Assembly (NCBI GenBank): GCA_050273025.1
Contig: CP158636.1
Coordinates: 7,316,001 to 7,380,000, forward strand
Direction of reading: 5' to 3'
Origin: Cenococcum geophilum
Taxonomy: Eukaryota
Length of the DNA stretch: 64,000 nucleotides
Shown here: piece by piece, positions 52,230 to 64,000 of the stretch
Numbering within the stretch: the first letter of the stretch is position 1
Layout: each line of letters starts with the position of its first letter
The notes under the pieces: generated by a model
The model's database searches: none
What the model was told of the DNA's origin: nothing
The model's input: only the letters and a program-made list of their open reading frames with translations
Made by a program: the position numbers and the translations under genes

Positions 52230-53350
52230 CCCAACTTAGGTCGACAATTTAAACTATCTTTAGACATTTTATTAGCTCTAATAGTAATTAGAATAAGAGT
52301 ACTAGTCTTTTAAAAGAAGCGGTTTGCTAGGTAGAGGAGTTTAAGATATCTACCGACGTTCTTAATAATAAGATGCTTAGGGGATGACTAGTATAATATA
52401 AAGGAGATATGTACAGGTTACAAACTCAATAGGTATAACCCTACTATCTACACCTAGATCTACGGGTATTGCACTAGAAAGATTTATTAACTCTCCTCTG
52501 AATACAATCACTTAGTAGCTAACTCCGTTAAGGGGAAAGGACTTCGCTATATAAAGAGTAGCATCGGTTCCAGTAAACCTATTCTAATTAGATACTCTAG
52601 TGATTATAAGGTCACTAGCAGAATTAGGGATATTTAGGCCTGTAAGGAGCGGCTCTAGGAGCTTATTAGCTTAAAAAGTTATTAGGTAGGCCGGGGGGGT
52701 AAGAGGGGGGTGTCCTTTAGTACTTCCTAGTGATAGAAATTGGGGTTAGAATTAGGGTTAGGCGCTAACGCAGTCGACAAATAGCGGAAAGAAAAATTCC
52801 ACTACTGGGCCACTAGCTCCTTAATTAGCATCTATAATAATATTCGGAAGTCTATTAGTAGAGTAATTGTACTAATCCTAGGACCCTAAAACAATTAGAG
52901 CTATTAGAGCAACAAATAACAAAAGAAGCTGTATCTTAGATAGCGATTAATCTAGAGAGTAAGATGTAGGATGGGCCGATAGCTTCTTTATAGATAGGAA
53001 GACCCCTTAAACTTCTATACGAGGCCGGACGGGACTAGAACTAGTCCCTTATATAATAAAAATAGTTTACCCTAGCTATAAGGGCTGATTCTCGCTACTA
53101 TTTTTAGATATAAGTTAATGAGAAAATTTCTAACAGCTGCTAGCTTCTTAAATTACTAAATCCTAGAGCAGAGTAGTATATTTAACGATTATAAATAGAA
53201 ATAAGATACGCGCGAGGAGTAATATGCTAAGGAAAACGACTGCAGAATTACGGAAACTATCCCTTTAAACGGTGACGTCTATCTCTAAGTTGGTCCGTGT
53301 AGGAACACCAGAATTTCCAAGCACAAACGATTTAATTTAGTTGATTTAAT
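52230..53350 (-). pseudogene. Uncharacterised RIP-degraded gene
   Basis: Open minus frame FTGTDATLYIAKSFPLNGVSY*VIVFRGE...IPIEFVTCT.... No family recognised. Confidence 0.45.
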
Positions 53351-53479
53351 TGGCCAGTTCTTATTAATAATAAATAGACGCAAATTACCGTATGAAGGGA
53401 TAATTGCTATCTGTTAGTTGTACTGTTTACTATATCTATAATTACCCACTCTAGCCCTTAAAATTATCTAGAACCTACC

Positions 53480-54360
53480 GGCTAAGACGGGAAAGAGGTA
53501 ATGCTACTGGTTAAAAGGGGATTAGTAGTGTATGCGGTGTGGGATTAGAAGTTAGAAATAGTAGTAGTTTAGGGGTCCTACTATGGAAACGGGTTTAACG
53601 GCTCCCCTTAGATAAGACCGGCAATAATATCAAGGTTAGAGCAGGTTATATAGTACTTATTTTTCCCATTAGGCAGTCCCAGAGCGCCGGATTCTATTAG
53701 CTACTACTATACCTAGTATACTGTATACGTAGAATTAGGTTGCAGATCCGTAGGGATAATAAGATTAGTCTTATACTACTATTTATTAGTAGATCCAGGC
53801 TAACCAGGAGTTGGGTTAGGAAACTTCTTCTAATATACTATAGAGAGGTCGCCATTATTAATTTAATAGTATCTATTATCGTTAAAGTTCTAAGTAGTTA
53901 AGAGTTTCCCTCTCTGGTCACCGCCAGCGCCGTCTACCGTCTACTATAGTATATCTATTAATACTTTACTACTACTTAGCTAGGTTATTCCAAAAACATA
54001 GACCGTCCTAGCCGCTATTAGTTTGCCTAGCTGGTTTTGCGGTAGGGTAATATATCCATTCTTAAGATACTTTATAGCTATATAAGCCCCTAGCGAGACC
54101 TAAAGTTGTAAAAAATTCACTATTTAGTTAGCGATCCTCTATATTAGAGTATATAGAAGATCTAAGCTATCTACCCTTATCCTTCTTAAGGCTAATAGCG
54201 GTAATAGATAAGTTATTATATTATTATTAAAACCGGGATCAGTTTAAGAGACATATCTATAAGGGTAACTATTAGCCCCTATAAAGATCCTGTTTTTAAT
54301 AACTATAAGCTGTTTATTCCAAGTATAGATAAAACCTTAGTAGTATAGAAAAGCTATTAA
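53480..54360 (-). pseudogene. Secreted fungal protein, DUF7492-like
   Basis: De-RIP HTWNEQL...GYPRGY...KYLENGHITLP...GTVYVFGT...GGDQRGKLL..QNFDD.RCYQI...WCET...YTVYWVWQWPT...EYYTTCSD. The family was recognised from memory. Confidence 0.72.
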
Positions 54361-54949
54361 AAGGAAGTAAAATATATGTGTTAGTAATATAGCGAAATAC
54401 TATAAGATAAAGGATAGAATAAATTAATGTTTAGGTTATTATAAGCTATAGCATATATAGAGTGGATCTACTGCTATCTAAGCACAACTTATTTATATTA
54501 CGTTATATTTAGGGTCCAATTTCAGCCCTTTAACGGGACCGCTTTTGGGAAAAATCGCGGACACGCTAGTGGTCCGTTAGATCTAAAGCAGCCCTCTATT
54601 TAAGCACCGCACCGTAAAAGACATCCTTCGTCCTAATATAGCGGTACGTTATTCTAAAACCTCTCCCTAAGTCCTCTTAGAAATAAACGTCGCTCGTAGC
54701 TCTACCTATATTATCTTATCCTGCCTAAACATCTCACTACCTTTGTCTTGCGAAATGAGCGATTCCACTATATTATTGTAAATTGTTCTCTTCTCCTAAT
54801 CCCTCTTAGCTCAGACCTATTATCTATCTCCACCTTGCGTTCTGCTGTATGAAATCGCTTAGACGTTGGAGGTCACTATACCGTAGGCCCCACGTTACTA
54901 AAACTAAAACACTCTTTAGCTAGTTCCGATTTTAAATAGGCGCTGTAAT

Positions 54950-56460
54950 AGGTTGGATAGGATAATCTAGGTATTTTTAAATTGCCATATTATATTAAAG
55001 CACTTCTAACCTTATCGACCTAGCTCTAGAGGCGTTCCTTAAGTAATTTTATAGCACCTTTAACGTCCCCTTTAAGTTTTAGTATTAACTCTATCTATAG
55101 CCTTTAGAGCTAAATCGACTAGCCCTTAAGTTGTTCCCCGTCTATCTTTATATCAACTATATCTATGCCCTTTATAACCTCCGATACCTTAATACCCTAA
55201 GGGGTCATTATATAGGAAGTCTATTAAGGTGCTTAATACGCTAACTATGCCGTATAATAAGGGTTTAGTTCGGTTTTAACGTTTTAAGATTATATAGGTA
55301 GAATAAGATTAACTAATGCAGGCAGAGCGCTCGTAAACCGTCTAATGCGGGGCTTTTAGCGCGGTATGTGAGGGTTTAAATACTTAGGCGGATAGTGCTA
55401 TATTAGCTTACGACTCGAAAATAACGTTGTTATTATTATTAATAATAGTAATAGTGGAGTTAGGTAGTAGTTGTCTTGTCGCGTATACTGCGAAGTTCCC
55501 TATAGCGGAATACGAGAGGTGCTGCCCACTTAATATAACTGTATTCTCTTACCTATAAACCTAAGTCGTAACAGATACTTTCACGTCTTATTATACGCTA
55601 ATTTCTAACTTGTCTTATAACTCTGATAATACACTTCCTTACTTCCCTCTAATCTATTAAGCCCAAGGCTACACCCTTACTATTACCTCCTCTATTTAAC
55701 CCCTAATAACTATAGTCCTAATATAAAAGACGCCAAAGGAAACCCGCTTACACTTTTCTCCTTTTTAGTATGGTTAAATCAAACGATAGCAGTTCTAGAA
55801 AGATTAGTACGTCTTTTATAACTAATCTTTTAGGTAGATTTGTTTCCAATATCTACTATTCTTTAAATATTAATTCCCTAGATACAATCGCTTCCCTAAC
55901 CTTTTTTAATCTCTTCTTCCTAGCCGTACTTATAGGCCTTAAATACTTTCCTAACCCAATTCTCTCTATATCTATAGGTAGCTCGTTTATAAACTTAGGA
56001 TGCGCTAGCTGCTTACTAGATGTTAGAAGTAAAGATACCTGTAACTTAGCTACCTACTTATAACTTACTCCTTAGACGGCCACTATAACTCTAGATCTAT
56101 TAATATATATATATAGATCTCTTTTTTTTTGCAGTTCTGGATAATTAATACCAAATCAATATTTTCTAGCTTTCTATACTAGTAGTATTTACTTTTTAGG
56201 CCATCTAACCGTCTCTTTAGTTGCTTATTATAAAGTTTAACTAACTACTTCTGCTTTGCCATAGTATAAAGTATGTAAATGTTCCTAATCCTCTAGTCTT
56301 AGATCGCCGGCCATATATTAGCGAAAATTCTATTTCCAAAAAAAGCTCAAGGCTCTTAGCCGGTAATCTTGTTAGATTGGCGTAGCGTAGATCTAAGGCA
56401 AAATCCACTCTATCTACTAAGCGCCATAGCGCTCCAGTTTTAATATATACTATTTATAGC
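54950..56460 (-). pseudogene. Uncharacterised RIP-degraded gene, divergent from the ferric reductase
   Basis: Protein-like minus frames with only RIP-type stops (...EWILP*IYATP...GFLWRL...). Confidence 0.45.
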
Positions 56461-56960
56461 AAGTCTTAATATATTTTAGGTATTAGAAGAAAAAAAATAG
56501 ATATAATTTTAGACTTATCAAACTTATATCTAATTAAAGTATGCTATAAAAGAATAGGATAGGCCTATGCATAACATATATATAGGTAGTGACTACGTAA
56601 GCTTATGCCCCTTACTGCCCTAACTACTTCCCCCTATACACGTACCCGTTACTACTTAAGGACTTCTATTTTAGGTATAGTATTAGCGCTTTAGGAGCGC
56701 CAAAGCTCTTAAATCTACTTGACGCCACTAATAAAAGTACTTAATCTACTGCTAGAATAAGTTGGCTCCATCTAGCACGCCAAATTACCGCCAATCTAAT
56801 AATATTACTGCTCTTGGCAAAGGACCCATTTCCGTTATCCTGCCTTTTTAAAGTGTAACTAATGTTAGTATATTTTAAGCTAAAGTCGGTTAAATATAAA
56901 GCACGGATGGTAAGCATACGCCGCGCTTATAGGCTTTAAAAATCACCGTTCTTACTCACT

Positions 56961-58816
56961 ATGGATATTATATAATAGTATTTAGTGGGCTTAGGCCTTA
57001 TAGCTTTATTCATTACCGCTTCTCCACTATTAAAAACTATTAAATTCGCCCGCACCTACGCAACATTTTATTTTTGTAAGTACGTATTTTATCCACAGAT
57101 CCATTGATATTTAAGAGGTTCTGGAAAGACAACGCTATTTAACGCGGTTTTGATTCTGGCATTCTTAGTAGCAAACGTTCTTTGCATTACCGTCTAAGTT
57201 AAAGATATTTCTGGGCTGACAAGACGCTCTAGACTAATGTCTATAATTAATCTTACGCCACTGTCATTAGGGGCCCAGATAAATCTTATTGCTAGCCGCT
57301 ATAGAATTAGGCTTAGTACCTACACCCGGATACACCGATGGTTAAGAAGAGTGGCTATAGTTAAAGGCCTTATTTATACGGCGGCGGCTATATCTTTACG
57401 GAAGCCTAACCTACGTATATATTTAGATATGGCGGCGCTAACAATAAGCTAAATTTAGTCCTAGGAAGTAAATACAAGCTAATAAAGCTCTTTAGGCTGC
57501 TATCACTATAGCTATTATACTGCTCTCTTCTATTACTAGTATACGTCAATACGCCTACGAAATCTTCTCAAAGCTCCACCTAATACTTAGCGCTATAGTT
57601 ATAGCTACGATATATCTTTATAGTCCATCTAAAGAGTTATCAACGCCGCTAGCGGTATATTTATTTGCAGCAATATACCTTTAGATATTTATAGCTGTCC
57701 TATAATTCGGTTAAGTACTATACCGCAACATTAAGTATAGAAAGCCGCTAAATTGAGTAAGAATACGATAAATAGCTATCAAGACACCTTATAGGAGGGA
57801 GATACCCGTTCCGGATGCAGTCTATATATATATCCAATTATTGAGGCCTTGGAAGCCTCGAGCTGGCCAGTATATATACCTCTGCATTCTAAGAATAAGC
57901 TATACCTCGTTTACGCAGTCACATCCCTTTTACATATCCTAGTGGTATCGCGATGCCGAGGGCAATAATGTTATGGTTTTAATCATCTAGAAAAGGAGTG
58001 GATTTACTAGGAGCCTATTCTTATACGCTAATAATGATCTCGTCCATAATTCTAAAATAAGAGCCGTAATTAAGGGACTATATAGGAATGAACTTAACCT
58101 TAAATTATATGGGATGGTCTTACTATTTGCTACAGGGATTGGAATAGTAGGTCAGCTTCCGTATATTATATAGCTTCTAAAGGGATACTATAATTACAAA
58201 GTAAAAACCTAAAGGATCGCTCTATTTTAGGAATTAGACTTTAAACGTAAGCTCTCTTATACTTCTATAGGAATGACTTGCTAATAACCTCTCTAAAGTG
58301 CACGCGGCTTGGGTCGCTAATATAATGGTAGAGCTACTTAGTAGAGACATTAATAAGGTTCGTCCACTTCTAGATATAATATAAGGTATTTATATTAATT
58401 AGGTGTTAGATTTTAGACATTTAGCTTTTTGTCTTAGGCAACTATCTTTCTAGCTAAACGAAGCGAGGAGATATTATTTACCCTAGAGAGCGTATTAGTA
58501 TAACGTACACCGTTATAAACGCTAAAAGTCTAATTAGATCTAAAATTAAAGGTCGAAAGGGTTGTATAGTGGTTTCTTATAAGTTTATAACTTATATAAC
58601 GACTAGTCCGCCTTTTAATTACTGCTGAATATAAAAATAGTATATATAAATAATAAGACGAGCGATAAGATTCGCGAGATTGTTCGATGTATATTAGATA
58701 AGGGCATTTATTTAAAGGAACTGGACTTTTGTCTATACTCACCTAGAGGACACAACGGGTGGCTAAGGAGTGTGTTCAATCTTAAGAGATCAAAGGACAT
58801 TGGAGGAAGTGTATAG
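56961..58816 (+). pseudogene. Ferric reductase/NOX-like flavoprotein (Starship FRE type)
   Basis: ATG at 56961. Transmembrane heme region RIHRWL..VA...LIYT. FAD region RPWKPRAGQYIYL and QSHPF. R..GFT, IKGLY (EGPY) and the NADPH motif VLLFATGIGIVGQLPY. Several short introns, ending LKELDFC. Confidence 0.92.
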
Positions 58817-59190
58817 GTTTACTTAATATAATGGATTTAAAGGGGTAGATTTTCTTAGATACCTAAGAGTCTCCAAAGTCCTCTTATAATTTAGTAAATA
58901 TAGCTCGCTAGTTATACCCTAAGCATTGTACGGATATAGTAATTGTGATTACTTAGCTGGATAGAAAGTAGGTCGGAGATTGTAGTATTTTAACTATAGG
59001 AAGTTATTAGAGTATATCTAAAGGAACTAACATTTTATTAATCGGGAGGGTCTATAAATAGGGATAAATTGAAGATTCTAACTCTGAAAATAGGCTTTGG
59101 AACCTTTATATATATATAGTAAGGGAGCCGGTACTAAAGATCGTCAGTTGACGATATATTGGCAATACAATTTTGGCGATTATTTTAACT

Positions 59191-59558
59191 TAATTTAACC
59201 CCTACGCAATTTCATCCTCAATTTCCTTCTGCAACTTTTGGCAATTATTAAGTACCTACTAAAGGGATTTGATAATAAGCCTTGCTTCTGCCACAACATA
59301 TATGCTTTTATAGTGCTTTTACTATAGACGCCAAAGCTCTAGCATAAGCTGGCTATTCTCCCGCGTCGTCCGCTTAAGCATCTATTAAAGATTAGGAGTC
59401 AGCATTTCCTTAGATATTTGCAATTTGTCTTTAGTCGCTTTAATTGCTACAAATGGCTCATCATTGCAGCTAATTTCTGTATTAGCAGTAGTGGGCGTTA
59501 GAGGTCCATTGGAAGTAGGGGGGAGAAGATAGATTTTTATTCACTTATGTCTGGGCAT
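59191..59558 (-). pseudogene. Small coiled-coil protein gene
   Basis: MPRH...MLKRTTRENSQLMLELWRL...LQKEIEDEIA, with RIP-type stops. Confidence 0.55.
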
Positions 59559-60117
59559 AATTCTTGTGTTAAGAGTTATCTACAGGTTTATACTTACGGC
59601 TATAGATTCGCATCTTTATAGCATTACGCTAGGGGCGAGAGTTGTTTACTATTAGTGCTTGGGGCCCACTTTTAGTTTGTGTTAGATTTAGAAATTATAG
59701 GGTCCTAGTTTATAGCTTCTGCCATAATGCTAAGGTCCGCGGAGCTTAGAAAAGCTTATACCTAGCGTAAGCTATATCCTTTTTATAAGGGAGATATAAA
59801 AGTTCTAGTAATGTAGGAGAATAATATTAGTAACTTCTCGCTAATTAATTTAGTAGCTACTCTCCTAGCTTATGCTAGATATAGGGTATTAGTTCTTAGA
59901 CCCTTTATATAGTCGTTAGCATTTAATAGTCTAAAGTTTTTACTTAGTTAAATGTTGGTATTAGGGAGAGACGCTATTTAAAGATAAAATTAAAACCAAC
60001 TAATATATAAACGAGTGTAACTATATGCCTACTATACGCTCTAGAAATAAGAGAATGCTAGTACTATTCTTTAACTCCATTATACTTTCACATCCCTATA
60101 TTATACCTCATTACTAC

Positions 60118-60830
60118 CTACCTACACTTTTTACCCCTCCTAAGGGGCATTACCTGCTGCTCTAAGCTCTCTCTATATAGTTTTTTCCTAACACTTAGGG
60201 ACTGGATCGGTTCTAGAGATAACTTTAGGCCTACTAATTCCAATTACATCCGCTTAAATTCACTAATTTTGCTCTCAGCAGCACTGATATAATTGGCAGC
60301 ATTAATTAATACATTCTGATAATCTTATATTATCTTAGACTTTTCATTTAGATAATCTCATATTATCTTAGACTTCTTATTCTTATAATCTTGTATCATC
60401 TTGGACTTTTTATTCGCATATTCTCGTATCATCTCAGCCTTCTTATTTAGGAGCTCCTTAATCCTGCCTTTAAGTACCTCCTTCATTACGGTGGCATTTT
60501 CTACCATATCCTAGTCTGCCTCACTTATATCATAGTCCTTATTATTGCCTAGAATGGCCTTACCACCTAGACGTCGCTTATATTCCCAAATCCTAGACTT
60601 ATAGGTGTGAATGGTTTCTTAAGTACTTTTCAGTTCCTAATATAGGGACAGACACTTATTTGCCATGTCGCTAAGTTCCGTAATCGCTTTCTTATGCTGC
60701 GTATATAGAGATTTGTATATATTAGCGCACTAAAGACGGTTCTGCTTGTAGGCAGCGAGTGCGGCTTAGAAGTTATATAGGTTTGTGCAAGAGATACCTA
60801 TAATCTATAAAGCATTATAAAGCCTATTAT
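60118..60830 (-). pseudogene. Coiled-coil protein gene with 33-bp internal repeat
   Basis: De-RIP HKKAITELSDMANKCLSLYQELK...(NEKSKMI.DH.)x3-4 at ~60315-60445, ending MPLRRGKKCR*. Confidence 0.55.
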
Positions 60831-61131
60831 TAATAGTAAGAAGTTACTAATTAATAGGAAGAGATTAAAGTTAAGCGTTAATGCGAGAACTCGATGGTTC
60901 TCTTTTTATATTAATACGGGTCACCTAATAGATTAGATAGAACTAGTACCTAAGACTCTTAGGTCTTACCTAGACTGCATTACTACGTTTAATACGACGT
61001 CCGGGCTGTTAAGGGGCCATGTTTTAACTAAAGGACGGCGTATATTGGAGGGCTCTAGCTTAAATCGGTGGACTCTAGCTTAGATCGGTAGACTCTAGCT
61101 TAGATTAGTGTCTTCTAGCTTAATAGATAGA

Positions 61132-61650
61132 ATGCCTTATATCCGTAAAAAGAAGGAAAGTTAGAGCTATATAGAGCCTAAGCGGGCGGTGCCGTTTAGT
61201 GCGAATGTTGCTATTTATACCTCCTAGGAGAGGATAAGCTCTAAAACAAAGTTTAAGCGCCATATCTATACTTTAAAGTCTTATCCGAAGCTGAAATCAC
61301 TATTGCTAAGCCTAGAAATTCTAAAAACTTCTAAGAAGTCCGACGGAATGGTATATATTACGGCGTGGATAGAGGACGCGTAAGTAATAGGCAAACTCCT
61401 AGCCCTGTAGTCCTTTGCCAAGAGATATACCCTATATTATAGCGCTAAGGAGGACGCCCTATACTACCAAGAGGAGGACGCCCTATGCTGTTAAGAGGAG
61501 GACGCGTAAGTAATAGGCAAATTCCTAGCCCTATAGTCGTTCGTTAAGAGATATACCCTATATTATGGCGTGGAAGAGGACGCCCTATACTACGGCGCGG
61601 GGGAGCGCGTGTAAGTGGTAGGCAAATTCCTAGCCCTATCCCTTTAACCG
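61132..61650 (+). pseudogene. Uncharacterised gene with internal duplications
   Basis: ATG at 61132. EDA*VIGK.LAL*SF.KRYTLYY repeats at ~61372 and ~61498, with a partial third copy at ~61605 and 21-bp EEDAL sub-repeats. Confidence 0.45.
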
Positions 61651-62299
61651 TCGAGTTATATCCAACGTTATTAATAATATTTTAGCTAATAAGGAGCCTA
61701 GATTAATAAACTTTTGGTATTATACGTACGGACCCATTATCTTATCAATAAGGCAAGACGCCAGACAGTTATTCGCTAAGGGGTATACCTAATGTTACGG
61801 CGTAGGGGGCGTGTAAGTGGTAGGCGGTAAACTCCTTCGCTAGAGGTATAACACTATACTAACGTTACCAATCACCTCTTAGAATAGCTAAAGAAAACTA
61901 GCGTTAGTTCTTAACCACTTTTGCTAAATAAAGGAAGTTTAATATAAGCCGCATTCTTTTTTACTGCCTTAGGGGCCCTTCCTAATCTAAAGGGACTATA
62001 TTTCGGTTCCTTACGGGGTTCTAGTTTTTAGGCACTTAGTATACCCTCTTATAAGAATTATAGTAGAAAGGCCTTAACTATAATTTTAAAATCTACTATA
62101 CACTCTTAGATAGAACACGGCTATTATAAATAAATATATCTAATATATAGGAGCTTTATCTTTAAACTCTAATTAATAAAAAGCTTTATAAGGATAGAGG
62201 CTGTCTCCAAAAGTTTCTAGCATACTAACGATTGTATATAAGACTTTAACTATTTACAGCAGATACTAATAAGAGGTTATTAAGGAGTGAGGAAGCTAT

Positions 62300-64000
62300 A
62301 GATCTGGCTATAGAAGAGGCGTAAGACTAGCTTTAAGGCGGACAGTATAAAGAGATAATAATCCTTGAGGACAGGATTACTATACATTTTAGTACTAATA
62401 GACTCTCGTCTTTAATGCTGGAAGACAGTACAAATCTATAGTTATTTATAACTAACCTACGGGGAATAAAGCGGGAAGATACAGATTAGGAGTTAGGACA
62501 AGGCGTAGTAATAAGACATTAAATCTAAAACCTTGGTTTTAAGGGGAGAGACTAGTTTAAGCTATAATAATAAAATAGAAATAGGTCTAAGCTACTAAGC
62601 ACGGACTGTTTCCATTAATTCTTCACTCCGTAGTAGTAGAAGGTAAAAGCGTAACACTTAAGGGAACAATTAACGCTTAAAACTAACGACAATATAAGCG
62701 TTTATATGCCACTATATCTACGTAGAGTATATAGTAAGTCTCTTAGTCAGCCGCTAACCAGGCAGTTACTGAGATATTATAGTAGGACTTTACCTATTTA
62801 GAAAGCTACCCTTGCTATAAATCGTGCGATTTTCCGCCATAGCTTCCCAATAAGCACTGTTTGCAACTATCTATAAACGTATTATATAATTTGACTGGCA
62901 TAGCCAGTTTACTAACAACCGCCTAGGGATGGCCCGCATAGAATAATCTGTCCAGTTTTCCAGCTATAATCCCAGACGATTCACTGCTGCAGATATAGCC
63001 TGCTATTAAAGATTAAAATGTTTTATTCGAGCTATTAAGTAAGGAAGAGGGACTTAAGGAACTTAAGTAAGCTATTTTAGGGCTTTAAAATAGAGCAGAG
63101 AAACTTAAAGGGCTTTTTATAAACCTATAGAATGATTTTAGGAGCTTTTAGAATAATTTTAGGAACTAGCAGAATGAGTAAGTCTCTATATAGGTGGGAA
63201 GTTTTTAAACGCAGCTAATATATGCTTATAAATTAGAGGAATAGAAGATAAGGTAATAGTTTAGGACCTACTAATAGTTCAATTTCTAACAATGTAATAG
63301 GTTTTATTAGAAGATCGATGCTTCTATTAAAAAGTTAAAGGTATAGATAGCAGAATTTAAGCGGACTGTAGATAGCGTAGTAGGAGAGCTTAAAGATAGC
63401 ATAAAGTCAAAGTAGCTGGGTTATTTAGGGATAGTTTACGCTATTACTAGCCGACAGTTTATTAGTTACTCTAAGTGGAATTTATATAGCGAGCGACTAT
63501 TTATTAGTATAGGACTCTGTAGAGATAGAGGAATATATCTACTATATCTCTTTTCCATTCTAATAAGGTGCTTAACTGCCTAACCCTAGTAGGAATATAT
63601 GGGCAACGTTCTTAGTTAAGAGAAGTCTATTTTTAGGACCGCTTATTTTTAGGAGCAGAATAGGCTATCCTTATATAATTAAGCTCTAGGCTCTATATAA
63701 CTGGCTGCTAGAACGTATATAGCTTAAATAACAACCCGCCTTCTCTTACCCCTATTATTACTCGGTTACTATTTAGCACCTCTTGAAATTTGCAAGTACG
63801 CGCACTATATTAATTTCTTATACAATATACTATGTTTTACCTGCATTGCGGCTGCTTAGAAAAGCCTTTATTAAAAAAAGAAAAAGGGTTGCCTAGCGTC
63901 TCTACTTATCTCTCTAATGTAGTTAGAGGAGTATATAAGAAATCTAGATTAAAGAGATTTAACGTCCGTCCCTGGGTTAAGAGACGTACCCCGTTAAGAG
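62300..64000 (-). pseudogene. Uncharacterised intron-containing gene running off the window
   Basis: Open minus frame GYICSSESSGIIAGKLDRLFYAGHP...CKQCLLG, then a GT-AG intron at ~62720-62810, then I*WHINAYIVVSF. Confidence 0.45.

Noticed and set aside
21700..64000. Starship captain (DUF3435 tyrosine recombinase) or DUF3723
   Set aside because: No recognisable motifs in the frames translated. Heavy RIP could hide them.

Overview
This is AT-rich fungal (ascomycete) DNA heavily degraded by repeat-induced point mutation (RIP). TpA is abundant, CpA/TpG are scarce, and in-frame TAA/TAG stops sit where Gln/Trp/Arg codons are expected, so essentially every gene is a pseudogene and most ORF-track entries are antisense artefacts. 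The left part (1-21.7 kb) is nested transposons: Tad-like LINEs, a small non-autonomous LTR element, a Tc1 DD34E transposase and a truncated Copia. The right part (21.7-64 kb) is a gene-dense, RIP-killed block. It contains a gasdermin-like fragment, a HeLo-like N-terminal domain gene, a NACHT-WD40 NLR (16 repeats, split by a full-length Copia, with a short amyloid-like N-terminus), a kinase, an F-box gene, a patatin-like phospholipase, a secreted DUF7492-like gene, a ferric-reductase-like gene and several orphans. This combination is typical of Starship cargo, but no captain recombinase was seen. The best finds are: (1) a near-canonical HDV-like self-cleaving ribozyme starting exactly at the first base of a TSD-bounded, gag/endonuclease-less retroelement (13261); (2) a compact gasdermin + HeLo-like + NLR cell-death cluster; (3) a ~50-bp structured motif in a LINE 5'UTR that also brackets the NLR as inverted repeats. 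All protein calls come from manual translation and mental de-RIP. No searches were run, and pseudogene boundaries are approximate.
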